A stretch of 64,000 nucleotides of DNA from Nannocystis bainbridge (GCF_028368995.1 NZ_JAQNDL010000003.1:608001-672000); one strand, 5' to 3'. Positions 21,840 through 31,967 are shown, counted from the first letter of the stretch. A program made the numbers and translations. The notes: generated by a model from the sequence alone, not told the origin.

Positions 21840-23348
21840 ATGCTTCGTCCGCGCGCGCTCATCCCCAGTGTCACCGTCGGCCTCGTTCTCGCGGCCCTCG
21901 CCTGCAACCTCACCCCTGACGCGAGCACCACCGACTCGGGTGACAGCGACACCGACGCCAGCACCGAGGGCACCGACACGAGCAACGAGCCGACCACCGC
22001 CGGCCCGACCACCGACGAGCCGCCGACGACCAGCAGCCCCGGCACCACCGACGGGACCGAGACCGGCACCTCGACCACCACCACGGACACCGACACGACC
22101 GCGGGCCCGACCACCGAGACCGGCACCACCGGCCCCGACCCCGCCGGCGTCACCATCTACGACATCCAGGGCGGCACCATCGCCGAGAAGACCGTCGTCA
22201 CCGTCAAGGGCGTCGTCATCACCTCGCCGGTCCGCATCGACAACATGGGCAAGGGCACCATCTTCGTCCAGGACCCGCAGGGCGGCGAGCTGTCGGGCAT
22301 CGCCGTGTTCCTCTACGAAGAGGTGGCGATGAACTTCGGCGTCAAGCCGGGCGTGATCGTCGACATCACCGGCGAGTACACCGAGTTCTTCGGCGAGAGC
22401 CAGATCCAGGTCACCAGCGTCGACGCGATCGTCGAGGTCGGCCAGGGCGAGTCGCCGCCGCCGGTGGTGGTCGCCGCCGCCGACATCGCCACCGGCGGCG
22501 CCAAGGCCGAGGCCTACGAGGGCGTGCTCGTCCAGGTCGAGGACGTCACCGTCACCAACCCCGCCGTCGATCAGAGCGACTTCGAGGTCGAGGGCGGCCT
22601 GCGGATCAACGACTTCTTCCTGTTCCCGCAGATGGAGAAGCCCGTGGTCGTCAACGGCCAGGTGTTCACCACCATCGCCGGCCCGCTGCGCTACAGCTAC
22701 GACAACCACAAGATCGCCCCGCGCGCCGCCGCCGACCTCGTCTCCGGCGTCGTCCCGCCGGCCGAGGAGCAGACGATCTACGCCATCCAGGAGGGCACGC
22801 TGCCGGTGCAGACCCCGGTGCTGATCAAGGGCGCGATCGTCACCTCGCCGCTCACCTTCAAGAAGGACGGCTTCTTCATTCAGGACCCGATGGGCGGCGA
22901 GCACTCGGGCATCTACGTCTACGTCGGCAACAAGGCCGTCGACGTCAAGCCGGGCGACGTGGTCGACGTCGAGGGCATCTACGACGAGTTCTTCGAGAAC
23001 TCGCAGATCGAGGTCGCCGACGCGGCCAAGATCGTCGTCACCGGCAGCGGCGCCATCCCGGCCCCCGAGGTCGTGTCCGCGGCCGACGTGGCCACCGGCG
23101 GCCCGCTGCAGGAGGCCTACGAGGGCGTGCTCGTCACCGTCGAGAACGTCCAGGTCGCCGCGATCAACGCGATGTTCGGCGACTTCGAGCTCACCTCCGG
23201 CCTGCTCGTCGACGACATCTTCATCGCCAAGGTCGACTGGAAGCTGCCGATGGTCGCCGACATGTTCGCCTCGCTGACCGGCCCGCTGACGTTCACCTTC
23301 GAAGAGGCCCGGCTGCTCCCGCGCACGCCCGCCGACATCGTGCCCTGA
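21840..23348 (+). CDS. Lipoprotein with Thr-rich stalk and tandem OB-fold-like modules
   Basis: LAC lipobox; two copies of TIY.IQ.G...V.VKG.V.TSP...F.QDP.GGE.SGI.V...EAYEGVLV.VE, resembling extracellular-nuclease-associated OB modules. Confidence 0.8.
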   Translation: MLRPRALIPSVTVGLVLAALACNLTPDASTTDSGDSDTDASTEGTDTSNEPTTAGPTTDEPPTTSSPGTTDGTETGTSTTTTDTDTTAGPTTETGTTGPDPAGVTIYDIQGGTIAEKTVVTVKGVVITSPVRIDNMGKGTIFVQDPQGGELSGIAVFLYEEVAMNFGVKPGVIVDITGEYTEFFGESQIQVTSVDAIVEVGQGESPPPVVVAAADIATGGAKAEAYEGVLVQVEDVTVTNPAVDQSDFEVEGGLRINDFFLFPQMEKPVVVNGQVFTTIAGPLRYSYDNHKIAPRAAADLVSGVVPPAEEQTIYAIQEGTLPVQTPVLIKGAIVTSPLTFKKDGFFIQDPMGGEHSGIYVYVGNKAVDVKPGDVVDVEGIYDEFFENSQIEVADAAKIVVTGSGAIPAPEVVSAADVATGGPLQEAYEGVLVTVENVQVAAINAMFGDFELTSGLLVDDIFIAKVDWKLPMVADMFASLTGPLTFTFEEARLLPRTPADIVP

Positions 23349-23360
23349 GCGGAGATCGCC

Positions 23361-23867
23361 TTGCACGATAGCGCGCAGCACGCGCTCGACCTCCGATACA
23401 TGCGCGCCGCTCTGGCGATCGCCGAAGCGGCCGCGGCCGCCGGCGACGTCCCGGTCGGCGCGCTGGTCGTGCTGGACGGCGTGATCCTCGGGGTCGGCGG
23501 CAACACCCGCGAGCAGGGCGCCGACCCGACCGGCCACGCCGAGATCGTCGCCCTGCGCGAGGCGTGCGCCGCTCGCCGGCGCTGGCGCGTCGACGGCGCG
23601 ACGCTCTACGTGACCCTGGAGCCGTGTCCGATGTGCGCCGGCGCGATCGTCAACGCCCGCGTCGCCCGCCTCGTGTACGGCGCCGCCGATCCCAAGGCCG
23701 GCGCCGTCCGCTCGCTCTTCAACCTCTGCGACGACCCGCGCCTCAACCACCGCCTGGCCGTCGTCCCCGGCGTGCTCGCCGGCGAGTCGGCCGCGCTCTT
23801 GCAAGCTTTCTTCCGCCGCGCCCGCGCCCGCGATAAAACCGGGCGGGGACCGAAGACGCGTGTCTGA
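23361..23867 (+). CDS. tadA: tRNA adenosine(34) deaminase
   Basis: DVPVGA, DPTGHAE, TLEPCPMCAGAI, DPKAGA, LNH, FF. Confidence 0.92.
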   Translation: MHDSAQHALDLRYMRAALAIAEAAAAAGDVPVGALVVLDGVILGVGGNTREQGADPTGHAEIVALREACAARRRWRVDGATLYVTLEPCPMCAGAIVNARVARLVYGAADPKAGAVRSLFNLCDDPRLNHRLAVVPGVLAGESAALLQAFFRRARARDKTGRGPKTRV

Positions 23868-24846
23868 TCTCGCCGCCGTCCAGCAGCTCCTGGCGCACGG
23901 GCGCCTCAGCGTCGACCGCTGCGAGCGCGGCCGCACCACCTTCCTCTCGCACCTCGGCGCCGCCGCCAAGTTGGTCCCCGGCGCCTGGCTCGGCCACCGC
24001 GACCTGCTCTACGCGCTCGCGCTCGCCAACCTCAGCCCGACCCAGCGCAGCAGCCTCGCCCGCGCCGTGCTCGTCGAGCACGGCCGCGAGTTCGGCGTCG
24101 GTCGCCTGTCCCTCGTGACATGTCCTTCGGGACTCCCGCACGGCGGCAGCTCGCTCCTGCTGCGCCCGCGCGGCGGCGGCCCGACCTGCCTCTACACCTG
24201 GGCGCTCGGCCCTGGCGCCGGCCTGCCCGCCTGCGAGTGGCTGCTGCTGCGCGCCCTCCCGGGCTGGGCCCTGGACGCCCCGCCGGCCCCGCTCGCCCAC
24301 GCCGGCCTGGCCACCTTGCACGCGCTCGGCATGCACGTCGAGATCCTGTGCGCCACCGCCACCTGCGCCCGCCAGATCCAGGAGCACGCGCTCGGCGACC
24401 TCCCGTTCGGCGCCCACCCGCGGTTCGCCCCGCACCTCGACGGCGTGGTCCGCCCCGGCGGCGACGAGCCGGCCACCATCCGCCTGAGCCCGCACGACGC
24501 CTTCGACCCGCGTACTTTCGGACAGGTCGCAAAGAACAGGTCCCAAGAGCCAGCCTCCGCCATCGCCCTGGTCCTCGTCGACGCACCCCTTACCGTGCGA
24601 GCCGCCGTCGATACCTGGCTCAAAGGACAGCCGGCGCGCCGCCAGGTCGAGGTCGTCGCCGCTAGCTGCCCCGGCCGCCTCGGCCGCGACGCCCTCGCCG
24701 CCCTGTGGCGCAGCGGCGGCCAGCCGCAGGTGCTCCTGCGCGGCGACCCGGCCTGGACCGCGCCCGCGCACGCGTGGCTGCAGAGCCTCGGCGCCACGGT
24801 CGCCGCCCAGCACGACGACGGCACCCAGCTCGGCCTGTTCGGCTGA
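23860..24846 (+). CDS. Hypothetical protein, degenerate MBL/beta-CASP-like fold
   Basis: FLSHL, CPSGLPHGGS and CLYTWA align by eye with MBL motifs but lack metal ligands; ends QLGLFG; overlaps tadA. Confidence 0.6.
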   Translation: MSDLAAVQQLLAHGRLSVDRCERGRTTFLSHLGAAAKLVPGAWLGHRDLLYALALANLSPTQRSSLARAVLVEHGREFGVGRLSLVTCPSGLPHGGSSLLLRPRGGGPTCLYTWALGPGAGLPACEWLLLRALPGWALDAPPAPLAHAGLATLHALGMHVEILCATATCARQIQEHALGDLPFGAHPRFAPHLDGVVRPGGDEPATIRLSPHDAFDPRTFGQVAKNRSQEPASAIALVLVDAPLTVRAAVDTWLKGQPARRQVEVVAASCPGRLGRDALAALWRSGGQPQVLLRGDPAWTAPAHAWLQSLGATVAAQHDDGTQLGLFG

Positions 24847-25262
24847 CCTCCGCGCTCCCCGTCACCTCGCAGCGGTACGGCCGCGCTCCGAGTCGTGGCG
24901 AATCGATGTCGCCCCCGCGCTCGTGCACCGCGCCGCCCAGTCCCCGCGCGATCGACCTCGCTCCGCGCCGCCGAGTCCCCGCGAACGACCTCGCCGCCCG
25001 AGCCGCGCCGCCCGATCCCGCGAACGGCTTCGCCGCCGAGTTCCATGAACACCTCGGTCGTTGCCCGGATCTCCCGTCGCCGACGCCTCGCCTCGAGCTT
25101 TGCGATTCGGCGCCCGCGCCGGCCCATGTTGCCTCGCAGCGCCTCGGAGCGGCCTCATGACGCGCTCCGCGCCCCGGGCCCGCGTGTTTTCGCGCATACC
25201 GTCGTCGCGCCGCGGCCTGGAGGCTCGCCCGGGCTTTCTCTACAATCGCCGCCAACGCGCGA

Positions 25263-27344
25263 ATGGACAACCGACCCTTGCCGCCCTGGTTGCCGCTGCT
25301 CCTCGGGCTTCTCGCCGGAATCGCCGTCCTCGGCGGTCTCGATCCTGTCTATCCCGGCGCCATCGCCTTGCTGACCGGCGCCGCCGGTTACTACATCGGC
25401 ATGCAGGCCGACAAGCAGCTCGCGCGGGCCGGCGACGAGCGGCAGGCCCTGCGTGAGGTCGAGGCGCGCAGCCACCAGTCCGAGCGCGCCCTGCACGACG
25501 CCACCGCCCACGCGCAGAGCCTCCAGACCCAGGTCCAGGAGCTCGCCGGGCGCCTGCAGAATTGCCAGGCCCACGGTCAGGAGCTCGCCGCTCGTCTGCA
25601 GGCCGACGCCCATCAGCTGCGCAACGCCGAGCTCGAGCAGCGCAGCCTCACCGCTCGCCTGCAGGAGGTCACCGCGCGCGCCCAGGAGCAGGCCGGGCGG
25701 GCCCAGGCCGCCGAGGTGCGGCTCGCCGATCTCGAGACCCGCCTGCAGGACGCCCAGTCCGAGAACCGCGCCCTGCAGCAGAGCGTGCGCGGCGGCGTGC
25801 CCGAGCTCGACGTCCTGCGCAACGAGCTCGAGACCGTGCGCCGCGGCGCCAACGAGACCCGGCACCGCCTCACCAGCGAGCTCGAGGCCTCCCGGCGCGA
25901 GCAAGAGGCCACCGCCGCCGATCTCGGGCGGATCCAGGGCCGCCTCGCCGAGGCGCTCAACCAGCGCGACGGCGCCGTGCGCGACGCCGAGGAGCTGCGG
26001 CGCATGCTCGACGAGGGCGGCCTGAGCTCCCGGGGCATCGACGCCGAGGCCACCGCGCTCATGCAGGAGCTGTCCGAGGGGCTCGGCACCACCACCGGCG
26101 CGCTCGAGGAGACCTCGCAGGCGCTCAACAACGTCAACGGCGGCCTCAAGGGCATCGCCGACAACGTCGAGCTGCTGGCCAGCAACGCCGAGGAGAGCGC
26201 CAGCTCGATCCTCGAGATGGCCGCCGCCAACGACGAGGTCGCCGAGAGCATGTTGAACCTCGCCGCCAGCGTGCAGGAGACCGCCACCTCGATCGAGGAG
26301 ATGACCTACTCGGTCAAGGAGGTCGCCAAGAACATCGAGGCGCTGAGCTCCACCGCCGAGGAGACCTCGCTGGCGATGACCGCCATGGACACCTCGATCC
26401 AGCAGGTCGAGAACAACGCCAACGAGACCGCCGGCCTGTCCGAAGAGGTGGTGTGGGCCGCCGAGGGCGGCGTCGACGCCATCAACCAGACCATCGAGGT
26501 CATCAACCTGATCAAGACCTACTCGGCCGACGGCGTGGCCGTCATCAGCCGCCTGGGCGAGCGCATCAGCGAGATCGGCAAGATCCTCAGCGTCATCGAC
26601 GACGTGTCCGAGCAGACCAACCTGCTCGCGCTCAACGCCGCCATCATCGCCGCCCAGGCCGGCGAGCACGGCAAGGGCTTCGCCGTCGTCGCCGACGAGA
26701 TCAAGGACCTCGCCGAGCGCTCCGCCAGCAGCACCAAGGAGATCGCCGACATCATCAAGGCCGTCCAGCGCGAGAGCCGGAACGCCGTCGAGGCGGTGCA
26801 GCGCTCGAGCAAGTCGGTCGACGACGGCGTGCGCGTCAGCCACCAGGCCGAGGACGCGCTCAAGCGGATCTCCGACGCCGCCCGCCGCTCCACCGGCATG
26901 GTCCGCGAGATCGCCCGCGTCGCCGTCCAGCAGACCCAGAACTCCAAGCAGGTCACCGACGCCATCAACGTCGTCGCTACCACCGTGCAGCAGGTCGCCA
27001 CCGCCACCAGCGAGCAGGCCCGCGGCGCCGAGCAGATCATGCGCTCGGCCGAGAAGATGAAGACGATCACCCGCCACGTCGAGCGCTCGACCCAGGAGCA
27101 GACCCGCGGCTCGCGCCAGATCACCCGCGCGATCGAGACGATCAGCGAGATGGTCAGCCAGCTCAGCAAGGCCCACCGGGCCCAGACCCAGGGCGCCGAC
27201 CAGATCGTCGAGGGCCTCAAGTCGGTCAAGGAGGGCATGACCTACCAGCGCAGCCTCTACGAGCAGCTCAGCTCGAGCGTCGGCGTCACCCCGCCGCGCC
27301 GCCAGCCCTCGCGCAACAGCAAGCCCGGCCCCGCGCGCATGTGA
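25263..27344 (+). CDS. Methyl-accepting chemotaxis protein
   Basis: [37 protein letters not shown] hairpin tip; N-terminal TM pair; long coiled coil. Confidence 0.95.
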   Translation: MDNRPLPPWLPLLLGLLAGIAVLGGLDPVYPGAIALLTGAAGYYIGMQADKQLARAGDERQALREVEARSHQSERALHDATAHAQSLQTQVQELAGRLQNCQAHGQELAARLQADAHQLRNAELEQRSLTARLQEVTARAQEQAGRAQAAEVRLADLETRLQDAQSENRALQQSVRGGVPELDVLRNELETVRRGANETRHRLTSELEASRREQEATAADLGRIQGRLAEALNQRDGAVRDAEELRRMLDEGGLSSRGIDAEATALMQELSEGLGTTTGALEETSQALNNVNGGLKGIADNVELLASNAEESASSILEMAAANDEVAESMLNLAASVQETATSIEEMTYSVKEVAKNIEALSSTAEETSLAMTAMDTSIQQVENNANETAGLSEEVVWAAEGGVDAINQTIEVINLIKTYSADGVAVISRLGERISEIGKILSVIDDVSEQTNLLALNAAIIAAQAGEHGKGFAVVADEIKDLAERSASSTKEIADIIKAVQRESRNAVEAVQRSSKSVDDGVRVSHQAEDALKRISDAARRSTGMVREIARVAVQQTQNSKQVTDAINVVATTVQQVATATSEQARGAEQIMRSAEKMKTITRHVERSTQEQTRGSRQITRAIETISEMVSQLSKAHRAQTQGADQIVEGLKSVKEGMTYQRSLYEQLSSSVGVTPPRRQPSRNSKPGPARM

Positions 27345-27353
27345 CCTCGAGGG

Positions 27354-27413
27354 CATGTCCGCGGGGACATGCCCGTGGGGACATGCCCCTTCGCGCATGT
27401 CCCCGGGGACAAG
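27354..27413. repeat. 14-bp-phased CATG array (5 cores)
   Basis: Cores at 27354, 27368, 27382, 27396, 27410. Confidence 0.85.
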
Positions 27414-27504
27414 AGCCGCCTCCGTGCGGCCCCCCGCCCAGCTCTGTCCTGCCCCCCGACCCGCGCCCGCTCGCCCCGCCGCCTGCCGCCCGGCCCTCCG
27501 CGCG

Positions 27505-28110
27505 GGCCCTGTACCTCGGACCAGCTCGCCGCCCGCCGCCTGGCCCTCCGCGCGACCTGTCCCTCGGACCAGCTCGCCGCCTGCCGCTCTGGCCCTCCAC
27601 GCGGACCTGTCCCTCGGACCAGCTCGCCGCCTGCCGCCGGCCCTCTACGCGGGCCTTGGACCTCGGACCAGCTCCGCGACGCGCCGCCGGCCTTCTACGC
27701 GGGCCTTGGACCTCGGACCAGCTCCGCGACGCGCCGCCGGCCCTCTACGCGGGCCTGTCCCTCGAACCAGCTCGCCGCCTGCCGCCTGCCCCTCCGCCGG
27801 ACCCTCCGCGGACCTGTCCCTCGGACCAGCTCGCCGCCTGCCGCCTGCCTTTCTCCTCGACTCCAGCGGCCCATCGGGTAGCTGTCGCTCAGTCGCGGAC
27901 CTGTCCCTCGGACCAGCTCGCCGCCTGCCGCCTGCCTTTCTCCGCGGACCTGTCCCTCGGACCAGCTCGCCGCCTGCCTCTCTACGCGGACCTGTCCCTC
28001 CGGCCAGCCTCGCTGCCTGCTCCTCCGCGTAAACCTGTCCCTCGGACCAGCCTCACCGCCTGCCCTTCCGCGCCGACCTGTCCCTTGGACCAGCCTCGCC
28101 GCCTGCCCCT
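27505..28110 (+). repeat. Minisatellite, about 12 copies of ACCTGTCCCTCGGACCAGCTCGCCGCCTGCC
   Basis: Conserved about 30-bp core with related linkers; period mostly 42-58 bp, with one longer unit. Confidence 0.9.
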
Positions 28111-28296
28111 GACGGCTCCCTGCAGGCCGCCGGCGATCGCTCACCTGTCCGGGCGTCGCCGCGCCGGCGCGTGCGGGACGTCCCTGGCGTCCCGTGCCGG
28201 CCCGTGGAGGCCCTCGGGGCTGCCCGCGCGCTCGCCCGCGCAGACTGCGCCCCCGGCCCGCTCGCCCGCGCCGCGGGACACTGCTATGGTCTGCCG

Positions 28297-29037
28297 GTGT
28301 TCGGCATCGGCATCACCGAGATGATCCTGGTCGGGCTCGTCGCCTTGATGCTCTTCTCCCCGCGCGAGCTGCCCAGCCTGATCAAGACCCTGGCCGGCAT
28401 CTACGGCAGCATCCGCCGCACGGCCGAGCAGTTCCGGGCCCAGGTCATGGAGGCCGACGAGCTGCGCGAGCCGATCGAGGAGATCCGGGCCGCCTACCAC
28501 GGCACCAAGGCCGAGCTCGACGGGGCCCGCGACGTCGCCCGCCGCGAGCTCCAGCGCGCCCGCATGGAGGTCGTCAAGGCCCAGCAGAAGATCAACGAGA
28601 TCGCCCGCGAAGAGGCCAAGCGCCCGCCTGTCCCTGGGGACATGCTCGCCGGGACAGGTCCTTCGACGCAGGTCTCTTCGGCCAGCCAGGCCGTCGCCGC
28701 CGCCTCCGCTGCCACGGCCGCCGCCTCCGCGGCCACGGCCGCTGCCTCCGCTGCCACGGCCGCCGCTGCCGCCTCGTCCGCCGCCGCCGAGGCCCCGACC
28801 GCCACCGCCTCGACCGTCGCCGCCGAGGCTGCCCCGCGCGCCGTCCCGGCCGCCGCCACCGTCTCGACCGTCGCCGCCGAAGCCGCCCCGCGCGCCGTCC
28901 CGGTCGCCGGCACCGTCTCCTCCGCCCCGCCCGAGGCGGTCCCGCGCGCCGTCCCGGTGCCGGGCGCCGTCCCGGTCGAACCCGCCTCGCGCGTGGCCGC
29001 GCCGGGCCGCCCCGTCAACGAGCGTGACGTCGCATGA
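28297..29037 (+). CDS. tatB: Sec-independent translocase TatB
   Basis: MFGIGITEMILVGLVALMLFSPRELP; directly upstream of tatC; Ala/Pro-rich tail. Confidence 0.88.
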   Translation: MFGIGITEMILVGLVALMLFSPRELPSLIKTLAGIYGSIRRTAEQFRAQVMEADELREPIEEIRAAYHGTKAELDGARDVARRELQRARMEVVKAQQKINEIAREEAKRPPVPGDMLAGTGPSTQVSSASQAVAAASAATAAASAATAAASAATAAAAASSAAAEAPTATASTVAAEAAPRAVPAAATVSTVAAEAAPRAVPVAGTVSSAPPEAVPRAVPVPGAVPVEPASRVAAPGRPVNERDVA

Positions 29038-29942
29038 GCGCCGCCCAGACCCCGCCCGCCTCCGCACCGCTGCCGGCCGTCGTGCCGCCGCCCTCCAACG
29101 GCCTCGACGGCCTCGCCGAGGGCCCCGAGGGCGACCAGCCGATGTCGTTCTGGGACCACATCGGCGAGCTGCGCAACCGCCTCGTCAAGGCCTTCCTCGG
29201 CCTCGTCGTCGCCTGCATCCTCTGCTTCGTCTACGCCACCGAGCTGCGCGAGTTCTTGGCCGCGCCGCTGCACACCGCCTGGGCCGCGGCCGGCATGGCC
29301 GGCAAGCCCGAGCTGCAGGTGCTGGCGATGATGGACGCCTTCATGACCGACATGCGCGTGGCGGTCGCGGCCGGCATCTTCCTCGCCGCGCCGATCGGCT
29401 TCTACCAGCTGTGGATGTTCATCGCTCCCGGCCTCTACTCGCGCGAGAAGCGGTACGTCATCCCGTTCGTGGCCACCTCGGTGCTCATGTTCGTGGCCGG
29501 CGCCGCCTTCTGCTACGTGGCAGTGCTGCCGTGGACGATCCAGTGGCTGCTCTCGTACACCCAGAGCACCAGCGGCGCCGAGACGACCGTCGCCTATCAC
29601 CTGACGCTCAACGACTACATCCGCGACGCCACCAAGATCCTGGTCGCCTTCGGCGCCGTGTTCGAGTTCCCGCTGCTGATCGCCTTCCTCAGCTTCGCCG
29701 GCGTGCTCAGCCACCGCGGCCTGCTGCGGTTCTGGAAGATCTCGGTCATCGCCATCTTCGTCATCGCCGCCGTGCTCACCCCGCCCGAGCCGGTCTCGCA
29801 GCTGATGATGGCCTTCCCGATGGTCGGGCTGTTCTTCCTCAGCGTCGGCGTCTCGTACCTGATCACGCGCAGCCGTGAACGCGCCGCCGGCCTCGTCACC
29901 CCCGAGCCGGTCCCGCCCGCGCCCGACGATCCCGAGGCCTGA
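29034..29942 (+). CDS. tatC: Twin-arginine translocase TatC
   Basis: MSFWDHIGELRNRL, YQLWMFIAPGLYSREKR, FEFP, AAVLTPPE. Confidence 0.96.
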   Translation: MSAAQTPPASAPLPAVVPPPSNGLDGLAEGPEGDQPMSFWDHIGELRNRLVKAFLGLVVACILCFVYATELREFLAAPLHTAWAAAGMAGKPELQVLAMMDAFMTDMRVAVAAGIFLAAPIGFYQLWMFIAPGLYSREKRYVIPFVATSVLMFVAGAAFCYVAVLPWTIQWLLSYTQSTSGAETTVAYHLTLNDYIRDATKILVAFGAVFEFPLLIAFLSFAGVLSHRGLLRFWKISVIAIFVIAAVLTPPEPVSQLMMAFPMVGLFFLSVGVSYLITRSRERAAGLVTPEPVPPAPDDPEA

Positions 29943-30358
29943 CCCTCGTCGCCTGGCCGCACCTCGCGGCGCATGCCTCGCGCCGCAACCGTAGCGGCGA
30001 ATCCGAGATCGGGTGAGCCCAGCGCGGCGCGACCGTGATGTCGACGATCGAGCCGCGCGCGAGGTCGTCGCTGACGACGCCTCGGCGGCCCGAGGTCGGC
30101 CGATCCCGCCGCTCACGTCACCACGCGTCAGGCTGCCGTCACGTCGGCGCTCCGTACGGATCGCGGATGCACGCCGCCGTCCGTCCGCCGGGCGCTGGCC
30201 TCGCCGCCTCGACCGACCTCGCGGCGCGGCCCGGCGGCGCGCTCCGGCGAGGTCGCGGGCCTTCGGGTCTGCGAGGCGAGTTTGCGCAATTTTTTGCGGT
30301 CTCCCGCGTCGGCCAAAACCTTCCCCGCGGCGCGCAACTCGCCTATTCTTTGCGCCCC

Positions 30359-31321
30359 ATGTTCCAGCTTCGCTTCTCGCCGCTCCTGGCCGTGTTCCTC
30401 GCCGTACCTGTGCTCCTGTCCGCCTGCGTGTGCGGCCCCGGGCCCAACGTGGGCGGTTACGACGACCCCTCCGGCAAAGACCCGCCGCGCTCGCTCCAGG
30501 GCGTCAAGTTCATCGAGAGCGAGAAGGGCGAGCCCGAGGTCATCGGCTGCGCCGACGGCCAGCGCGAGGGCTTCGCCGACCTCACCCGGCACAAGCGGGT
30601 CGCCGGCTGCCTCGCCACCTGGGAGGGCACCAAGAGCCTGCGCGACAAGCCGACCGGCAAGGTCTGCGGCGACGACAAGGGCGTCTGCACCTCGCCCGCC
30701 GACGCCTGCTCCAAGGGCTGGCACGTGTGCGGCTACCAGGGCAAGCACGAGGACCTCAAGCGGCACACCACCGCCAACGCCTGCAACAAAGAGGCGGGCC
30801 CCGGCAAGTTCGTCGCTGCCATGAGCCACGGTCAGACCGAGGACCTGTGCCCGCCGCCGCCGACCGCCGAGACCGTGTTCCCGTGCATGGACTCGGGCAT
30901 CTGCTCCGAGCCGGTCTGCTGCGGTGACGGCTGCGCGTTCGGCAAGTGCCGCGACGCCATCTGGCGCGGCCAGACCAAGATCTCGCTCGGCAAGGCCGAG
31001 GGCTGCGGCTCGGTCACCTCCGAGCGCAACGGCGGCATCCTGTGCTGCTACGACGGCGACGGCGACCCCGCCGCGGCCGCTGGCGGCGAGACCCCGCCCG
31101 CCGGCGCCGACCCGACCACCCCGCCCGCCGGCACCGACCCGGGCACGCCGCCGACCGGCGCCGCTCCGACCGGCACCCTGCCGACCGGCGCCCCGGCTGG
31201 CGCCGCTCCGACCGGCACCACCCCGGCCCCGTCGACCGCCACGCCCACCGACCTCACCGTCCCGACCGGCGGCCCCGCTCCGACCCCCGGCACCAGCGCC
31301 AAGAAGCCCGGCTCCAAGTAG
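30359..31321 (+). CDS. Cys-rich lipoprotein with Pro/Thr-rich tail
   Basis: LLSAC lipobox; GCADGQREGF; many Cys; low-complexity C-terminus. Confidence 0.8.
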   Translation: MFQLRFSPLLAVFLAVPVLLSACVCGPGPNVGGYDDPSGKDPPRSLQGVKFIESEKGEPEVIGCADGQREGFADLTRHKRVAGCLATWEGTKSLRDKPTGKVCGDDKGVCTSPADACSKGWHVCGYQGKHEDLKRHTTANACNKEAGPGKFVAAMSHGQTEDLCPPPPTAETVFPCMDSGICSEPVCCGDGCAFGKCRDAIWRGQTKISLGKAEGCGSVTSERNGGILCCYDGDGDPAAAAGGETPPAGADPTTPPAGTDPGTPPTGAAPTGTLPTGAPAGAAPTGTTPAPSTATPTDLTVPTGGPAPTPGTSAKKPGSK

Positions 31322-31342
31322 CCGACCTCGCGGCCTGCCGCG

Positions 31343-31430
31343 CCTGACTCGAGGGACATGCCCACCCGGGCATGTCCCTTTTCGCATGTCCTCGCGAACA
31401 TGTTCGCGAGAACATGTCCGAACCGCCATG
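31343..31430. repeat. 14-bp-phased CATG array (7 cores)
   Basis: Cores at 31343, 31357, 31371, 31385, 31399, 31413, 31427. Confidence 0.88.
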
Positions 31431-31456
31431 CGCTGCAGGCCTTGAACTGCCGCCCG

Positions 31457-31632
31457 GACCTGTCCGCAGAGCCAGCCGACAACCCGAACTCCCGCCTTCG
31501 ACCTGTCCGCAGAGCCAGCCGACGCCCTCGCGCCGACCCGATGAGCCCCCGCGCCCGACCTGTCCGCAGAGCCAGCCGACGCCCTCGCGTCGAGCTCGAT
31601 CCTCTGACCTGCCCCCGAGGACAGCCAGCCGC
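31457..31632 (+). repeat. Tandem repeat ACCTGTCCGCAGAGCCAGCCGAC (3 copies plus 1 variant)
   Basis: Copies at about 31458, 31501 and 31558, and a variant at about 31607. Confidence 0.85.
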
Positions 31633-31652
31633 GAGATGCCCCGTGCAGCGCT

Positions 31653-31967
31653 TCAGGCCGCGATCTCGCCGCTGCGCACGCCGCTGACGTAGTGACCGAG
31701 CGCGTGCAGCTCCGGCCGCATCACCTCCATCACCGGCGACGTCGTCACGTCCGTCGCGTGCCCCCAGAACTGCAGGCGGCGCCCGATCCACTCCGCGTCC
31801 GCGCCGACCGGCGGCAGCTGGACCGCGCGCAGGCGCAGGGCCGCGTGGCATCGCAGCCACGCGCCGGTGCTGCGGTCGCGCACGCCCACGCACTCGTCGG
31901 CCCGCAGGTGATACTCCGTGTGCTTGGTCGCAAACACGCGATGACGGCGGCGGTTCTTCGGGTTCAT
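31653..31967 (-). CDS. Small hypothetical protein (RRRHRVFxTxxTEYH type)
   Basis: Compact 104-aa ORF with natural codon bias; the N-terminal motif resembles small myxobacterial hypotheticals. Confidence 0.75.
   Translation of the reverse strand: MNPKNRRRHRVFATKHTEYHLRADECVGVRDRSTGAWLRCHAALRLRAVQLPPVGADAEWIGRRLQFWGHATDVTTSPVMEVMRPELHALGHYVSGVRSGEIAA

Noticed and set aside
27505-28110. CRISPR array
   Set aside because: The inter-repeat segments are short and homologous to each other, the repeats are degenerate, and the window has no cas genes; it fits a minisatellite better
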